DNA of 20,936 bases from Candidatus Thorarchaeota archaeon (GTDB lineage: Archaea; Asgardarchaeota; Thorarchaeia; Thorarchaeales; Thorarchaeaceae): the NCBI GenBank assembly GCA_048884785.1, contig JBHLQM010000038.1, positions 1 through 20,936 of the forward strand, written 5' to 3'. How positions within the stretch are numbered: position 1 is the first letter of the stretch; each line of letters begins with the position of its first letter. The notes under the pieces were generated by a model that saw nothing but the letters and a program-made list of their open reading frames with translations, was not told the DNA's origin and did no database searches. Positions 16,399-20,936 of the stretch are shown here, piece after piece. The position numbers and the translations under genes are program-made.

Positions 16399-17085
16399 CT
16401 AATAGCCATAGTCGCCAGTCAGTGGAACAAAAGCGACTCCACCCCATCGTTTCTGTAAGACCTTCCCGTCTTTTGACTTTTCGACTAACATTAATTCCTG
16501 ATAAAATCCAGGAGATCCAATTGGTATCAGCATAATGCCCTCAGGTGCAAGTTGTTCAAGTAATGGGATAGGAATCGATGGGGCTGCGGCAGCCACCAAT
16601 ATTCTGTCAAAAGGAGCACATTCTGGAAGACCTCTTCCGCCATCGCCATGAATGAGTGTTACTCTGTCAGAATATCCTGTACGATCGAGGTTGCCCTGAG
16701 CAAAGGCAATCAGCTCTTTAACAATTTCAACAGTGTAGACATGACCCGGAGATTCTGAACCAGCTTTTGCGACGATTTCGGCACAAAGAGCTGCATGATA
16801 TCCGGATCCGGCACCGACCTCTAGGACTTTCATTCCTTCGCGAAGTTTCAGGCCTTCGCACATTATCACACACATATGCGGAGCTGAAATTGTCTGACCA
16901 CGAGAGATTGACAAAGGATGGTCACGATAGGCCAGCTTTCGGTTCTCAGGGAGTACGAATTCCTCTCTCGGTACAGCTCGAAACGCTTGCTCCATCTGGG
17001 AAGTGACCAAGTATCCGTGGTCCCTCAACCGATGAATTAGTGTTTCCCTATCGCGCATGAGACTTCCGTCAGACATCTGAACCAA
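16399..17085 (-). CDS. pcm: Protein-L-isoaspartate O-methyltransferase
   Basis: VPREEF, GQTISAPHM, VLEVGAGSGY, GDG..G...APFDRI and VAFVPL. The start could be 17085, 17076 or 17058. Confidence 0.95.
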   Translation of the reverse strand: MVQMSDGSLMRDRETLIHRLRDHGYLVTSQMEQAFRAVPREEFVLPENRKLAYRDHPLSISRGQTISAPHMCVIMCEGLKLREGMKVLEVGAGSGYHAALCAEIVAKAGSESPGHVYTVEIVKELIAFAQGNLDRTGYSDRVTLIHGDGGRGLPECAPFDRILVAAAAPSIPIPLLEQLAPEGIMLIPIGSPGFYQELMLVEKSKDGKVLQKRWGGVAFVPLTGDYGY

Positions 17086-17134
17086 CTGATGTTATACATG
17101 CAATGATAAAAGCCTTGAGAGATTCATTTCAAAC

Positions 17135-17560
17135 ATGCAACGAGTGGTCTTTCTTGCATACGGTCATGAGAATGTAATTGGAAGCCATAGAACCACCACA
17201 GAACTTACCAGTGAAGACTTTCTGACTACTCAAGGAACCTGCATAGTAGGCATAGGAGCCAATCTGACCCTGAATCGCCTGGACCAGACCATAAAGAACC
17301 TCGCAAAATCAGGACAGACCAAAATTATTCTTCGGCTTAGTGCAGGAAACCATAGCGACGAGATTATCGGAAGGGGGAGTAAGGGATTGACCTACAGTAG
17401 TGATTTGAGTATGGTAGCAAGAACGAGCAGCTATGAGTGTGATAGAACTCTCATGGTTCTGGCTGACAAGGCTGCTGCAAACTTGGATAGAAAGCTTGTT
17501 TCCCAGATGCAAATCTCTGGCAATCCAATCGAATGTGAAATTGAGTTTGTCAGTGAATGA
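17135..17560 (+). CDS. DUF371-family archaeal protein
   Basis: GHENV...H.TT.E.T....LT..G.CI.G and RT....ADKAA..LDR family motifs. Confidence 0.88.
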   Translation: MQRVVFLAYGHENVIGSHRTTTELTSEDFLTTQGTCIVGIGANLTLNRLDQTIKNLAKSGQTKIILRLSAGNHSDEIIGRGSKGLTYSSDLSMVARTSSYECDRTLMVLADKAAANLDRKLVSQMQISGNPIECEIEFVSE

Positions 17561-18611
17561 TAGCATCAATGACCATGTGATACTCATACGGTGCACTATC
17601 ACGAACCCGCCTGATTAGTAATATCTCTGAGACCGTGCGTCCCGCTTCCTTCACCAATAGCGACAATTTGCCTGAAAGGCTCTGTTCTGGATCTTCGCCG
17701 CCCATGAAGTCATAGTAATGCATAGTTCCATCTTTTCTGAGAAGGTGACACGCCGTATGAATGAAATCACAGGCGCCAGACGGGTGATTCATTATCACAC
17801 GATCAATGGACCCTGCAGGCGCAGTCGATGCATATTCTTGAATATGGGAAACAATAGGAGTAATTGAGCCTTGGAGTTTGTTCATTTTGATGCTCTGTTT
17901 CAGTAGGTCTATAGCTGTGGGATTGATATCTACAGCAATGACCTTGGCATTAATGCGACGAGCTATATGAAGTGCAAATGGGCCCACTCCAGTAAACATA
18001 TCGACCACTGTTTCACCCTCCACAACTTGCTTCGCAACTCGATTGTGTTCCTCAAGCAATCGAGGACTGAAGTATGCCTTAGAAATATCCACAGAGATTC
18101 GACACCCATATTCGGTGTGGATTGTAGCAGTTTTGTCAACTCCTGCAAGCAGTTCATATTCACGCGTCCGTAGTGTTCCAGATATGGCACCCATCTTGCC
18201 TAAGACCGTTGTGAAATTGGGATGGATTTCAAGGAAGGCATCCGCAATCTTTGTACGATACTCTGAGATCTCATCAGGAATCTCAAGTACAGCGATGTCC
18301 CCAATGAGATCATAGGCACGGGGGAGGAGCTCCAGCTGCTCTTCATTCAAATTGCTCTCAAGTGCCTCTCTAAGCGATTTTGGTCCAATGTGACTTTGAG
18401 GAAATTCCCTTACGCCCGTTGAGAAATCAATGGTATCGAGTTCGGGCATTAGTTTGACTACTTCAATATCACCTTTCAGAGGGAAGAATAATTGATTGTC
18501 TTCCGAAAGTATCCTGTAATCGGGATTCAAGAGACCTAGATCCATAAGACGCTGTCTTGTGGACTCACCATCCTTCGTTGACACACAGATATAGGGAATA
18601 TCACTAGTCAT
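17550..18611 (-). CDS. trm5: Trm5-family tRNA (guanine-37 N1) methyltransferase (Met-10+)
   Basis: YDLIGDIA, T.H.EYGC, YFSPRL, VVDMFTGVGPF, DINP and DRVIMNHP. The N-terminal D1 domain is present. Confidence 0.85.
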   Translation of the reverse strand: MTSDIPYICVSTKDGESTRQRLMDLGLLNPDYRILSEDNQLFFPLKGDIEVVKLMPELDTIDFSTGVREFPQSHIGPKSLREALESNLNEEQLELLPRAYDLIGDIAVLEIPDEISEYRTKIADAFLEIHPNFTTVLGKMGAISGTLRTREYELLAGVDKTATIHTEYGCRISVDISKAYFSPRLLEEHNRVAKQVVEGETVVDMFTGVGPFALHIARRINAKVIAVDINPTAIDLLKQSIKMNKLQGSITPIVSHIQEYASTAPAGSIDRVIMNHPSGACDFIHTACHLLRKDGTMHYYDFMGGEDPEQSLSGKLSLLVKEAGRTVSEILLIRRVRDSAPYEYHMVIDAIIH

Positions 18612-18663
18612 TATATCTCCCTCAGCCGGTTTCCCCTAAGACAATTCCGATTTTGGAGAGAAA

Positions 18664-19701
18664 TCACTCTATCAATCGAACGTATTCAAGTCCGGCTCCA
18701 TTCTTTGTGCCTACCATCAGTTGATAGAACTCATGTTCATCATCTGCTGTGAGTTTTACCTTCTGGAGGGTCCCACACACCTCCACCTTATCTCCTGCGG
18801 AAAAGAGACCTGTGAATGCACCATCGTAAACCATGATTCTCTCCACGGGTCTATCATCACACTCTTTGATGGAATCTGACATTCCAACCAGCAGAGACGG
18901 ATGAAATATGCCAAAATCAGCATTTTTTACATGAAAGACTGCTTTGATAGGTTTTGACAACAGCTGCGTGTATGTTTCACTGCTATATCTAATCGGGGCT
19001 TCTTCGGGCCTGAGCACAGGAGTAATACCAATGCATTGATTGTTGTAGTAGAATGCATACCTTCTCGCAAAGAGTCTTCTTAGATCGTTCTTTGTGAGAG
19101 CTGGAATTCTTCTGAGAACTCGAGAGATACCCGTATCCCATTCACTCAACAATCGCAGCCGCACAGACTCATCCTCGCATACTCTTTCAAAGCTTCTCTG
19201 AAGATGCCACGAGCTTGTGTAGCCATAGACATTCATGTTGACATCTGAAAACTCAGGACTGTGTCCACGCCAAGCTATGCTTCCTGCGACTCCCAGATTG
19301 TCAGTTGGTATGTCCAGGATATCGTGAATTGCAAGAGCCATACCCCTTGCTGCCTCCTCCAACCTATCTGAAGGGCCGGTTTCTATGATCTCGTTCAGTC
19401 TTTCATCAGGTCTGTAATGTTGTATTATTCGTGTGTACGGAACCTCGAGTAGAGTTGTTCCAAAGTGAGTGTCTTCAATAAGATATTCATCCGGCACTAG
19501 TTCAAGTCCATCAACAACTGCCTTGACATTTCCATAGAAGATTCGTTTGTATTTTTGACCACTGCGTACCCATCTTCCCTCAGATGATGGAACATATTTC
19601 AGAAAAGAGAGGACTCTTGATGCTGGTTGAATGTACCCCAATACAACAAAGAGACGACCATCGGCATCTTGGATAATATCACGGTCTCGAACTCTATACA
19701 T
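18664..19701 (-). CDS. COG1665-type archaeal nucleotidyltransferase-fold protein with a C-terminal OB-like region
   Basis: RDRD.I....G..F.V.GY.QP....SFLKYVP...G.W, LGVAGS.......SDVNMNVYG and GDKVEVCG.L..V. I moved the start to ATG 19701 because the longer track ORF overlaps the divergent GT4 gene. Confidence 0.72.
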   Translation of the reverse strand: MYRVRDRDIIQDADGRLFVVLGYIQPASRVLSFLKYVPSSEGRWVRSGQKYKRIFYGNVKAVVDGLELVPDEYLIEDTHFGTTLLEVPYTRIIQHYRPDERLNEIIETGPSDRLEEAARGMALAIHDILDIPTDNLGVAGSIAWRGHSPEFSDVNMNVYGYTSSWHLQRSFERVCEDESVRLRLLSEWDTGISRVLRRIPALTKNDLRRLFARRYAFYYNNQCIGITPVLRPEEAPIRYSSETYTQLLSKPIKAVFHVKNADFGIFHPSLLVGMSDSIKECDDRPVERIMVYDGAFTGLFSAGDKVEVCGTLQKVKLTADDEHEFYQLMVGTKNGAGLEYVRLIE

Positions 19702-19782
19702 GAGGGATGCACCAGACACGAGTAATCCACCATATTCAATAAGTTCCACAAGGTACAAGACCAGCAAGGTGAAACAGTACTT

Positions 19783-20936
19783 ATGCGCATTCTGCATCTC
19801 TGCGACAGCCTTAATCCTGCCGGTCTTGGGGGCTATGAGTCCTATCTTCACTATGTATCGCACGCTTTTGCTAGCGAAGGCCACAAATCAGTCATAGTCA
19901 GTCAATCTCCCAGCAGAGATGCGCCCAAGTTGGTTCATACAGACCATTATGATATCGTGTATTTGAAAGGCAACTTGCTAGAAGCTCGAAAGTGGGAGTT
20001 CTTATCGCTACCAGAGGATCAGAGGGAATCAATGGTTGGTAGCTATTTCAAGACCAATGATCTTGAGGATAATATTAAGGAATTGAGCAGAGAACTCATT
20101 ACTCTGGTAGATGAGATTCGGCCAGATGTGATTCATGCACATAGTATCTATGTTGTTTTCAATAGGGTTCTAATGGCAATTAAAGATGAACATCTAGACG
20201 GTATCCCAATTGTTGTTTCCATTCATGGGCTCCCGAAGCCTCTGATACTGCCTGATGGTACAAGGACGACTGATTATGAACAGCTTGTTTCGTATTGTCC
20301 TTTTGATGTGATTTTGGGTGTAAGCGAAACTGTTGTGGATTCTCTCAGAGAGTGTCTATCCACAATTGGCAAAGAAGCAATTGTAAGGCGACTATACAAT
20401 GGTGTAGATACAGGTGTCTTCACGCCTCGGCCGGAAGTCGAAAAGAAATGGGATATCGGGTTTCTGGGGAGATTAGAACCCATGAAGGCAGTAGACCTCT
20501 TTCCCGAGATGCTCGCTGTCCTTAAGAAACGACATCCAAAGCTGAAGATGGTGATTACCGGGGAAGGTTCCCTAAAAACCAGAATCCTTCGGGAATTTGA
20601 AGAGAATGACGTGAGGGACTTGGTCGACTATTTAGGAGTGGTCGATCAAACCCGGGTTCCAGAGATACTAAACTCCATACGCGTTTTTCTCTATCCATCG
20701 AGAAGAGAGCCATTTGGCCTCTCAGTAATAGAGGCAATGGCATGTGCGGTGCCAGTAATTACAGCTAATGTGTATGGTCCAAGTGAAATTGTGACAAATG
20801 GTCATGATGGGCTTACTGTAACACCTGGAAGTGTGGATGAGCTAGTTGATGCAATTGAAAGACTTCTATTGAATCCTGATCTGCTCTCTGAGATTGGGAG
20901 AAATGCCCGAAGAACTGTTGAATCCAATTTCAGTCT
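19783..20936 (+). CDS. Glycosyltransferase family 4 (GT-B fold), truncated at the window edge
   Basis: Translated by hand, with no stop to the window end: MRILHLCDSLNPAGLGGYESY...PDVIHAH...YNGVD...FLGRLEPMK...YPSRREPFGLSVIEAMACAVPVI. AAGGTGA RBS upstream. Absent from the ORF track. Confidence 0.92.
   Translation, partial: MRILHLCDSLNPAGLGGYESYLHYVSHAFASEGHKSVIVSQSPSRDAPKLVHTDHYDIVYLKGNLLEARKWEFLSLPEDQRESMVGSYFKTNDLEDNIKELSRELITLVDEIRPDVIHAHSIYVVFNRVLMAIKDEHLDGIPIVVSIHGLPKPLILPDGTRTTDYEQLVSYCPFDVILGVSETVVDSLRECLSTIGKEAIVRRLYNGVDTGVFTPRPEVEKKWDIGFLGRLEPMKAVDLFPEMLAVLKKRHPKLKMVITGEGSLKTRILREFEENDVRDLVDYLGVVDQTRVPEILNSIRVFLYPSRREPFGLSVIEAMACAVPVITANVYGPSEIVTNGHDGLTVTPGSVDELVDAIERLLLNPDLLSEIGRNARRTVESNFS

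Noticed and set aside
18664-19701. CBASS cyclase or MNT-HEPN toxin-antitoxin module
   Set aside because: There is no adjacent effector or HEPN gene, the context is housekeeping, and the architecture fits COG1665.
19702-19884. N-terminal extension of the nucleotidyltransferase ORF in the track
   Set aside because: It overlaps the divergent GT4 gene, and family homology starts at M19701.
1-20936. CRISPR array, IS element, integrase or rRNA
   Set aside because: I saw no regularly spaced repeats, transposase or recombinase motifs, or rRNA-like segments, and all intergenic gaps are about 200 nt or shorter.

Overview
This is a gene-dense archaeal chromosomal window. The archaeal call rests on archaeal-type ProRS, NadM, Taw1, RbkR, a proteasome beta subunit, translin, NOG1 and DUF371. 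An Asgard (Thorarchaeia-like) origin is my impression only and is not demonstrated. Bases 1-3640 are an accessory-looking stretch: the 3' end of a tRNA, an anchored LVIVD beta-propeller gene, an isolated inverted tRNA 5' fragment that seems to carry a D-loop intron, a tandem PRC-barrel protein, a cupin, a TIGR04076-type protein and a hypothetical protein. The rest is housekeeping and RNA metabolism: a Vps29-like phosphoesterase, a MutS-family ATPase, a 2-hydroxyacid dehydrogenase, proS, nadM, rtcA, a NOG1 GTPase, a psmB - radical SAM - taw1 - translin - rbkR run, pcm, DUF371, trm5, a COG1665-type nucleotidyltransferase, and a GT4 glycosyltransferase missed by the ORF track because it runs off the right edge. 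The most unusual signal is the pair of matching tRNA acceptor-stem halves on opposite strands (1-11 and 1273-1317), a candidate split (trans-spliced) tRNA or tRNA remnant. A proteasome beta subunit lacking the catalytic Thr1 is also notable. I saw no CRISPR array, transposase, integrase or rRNA.
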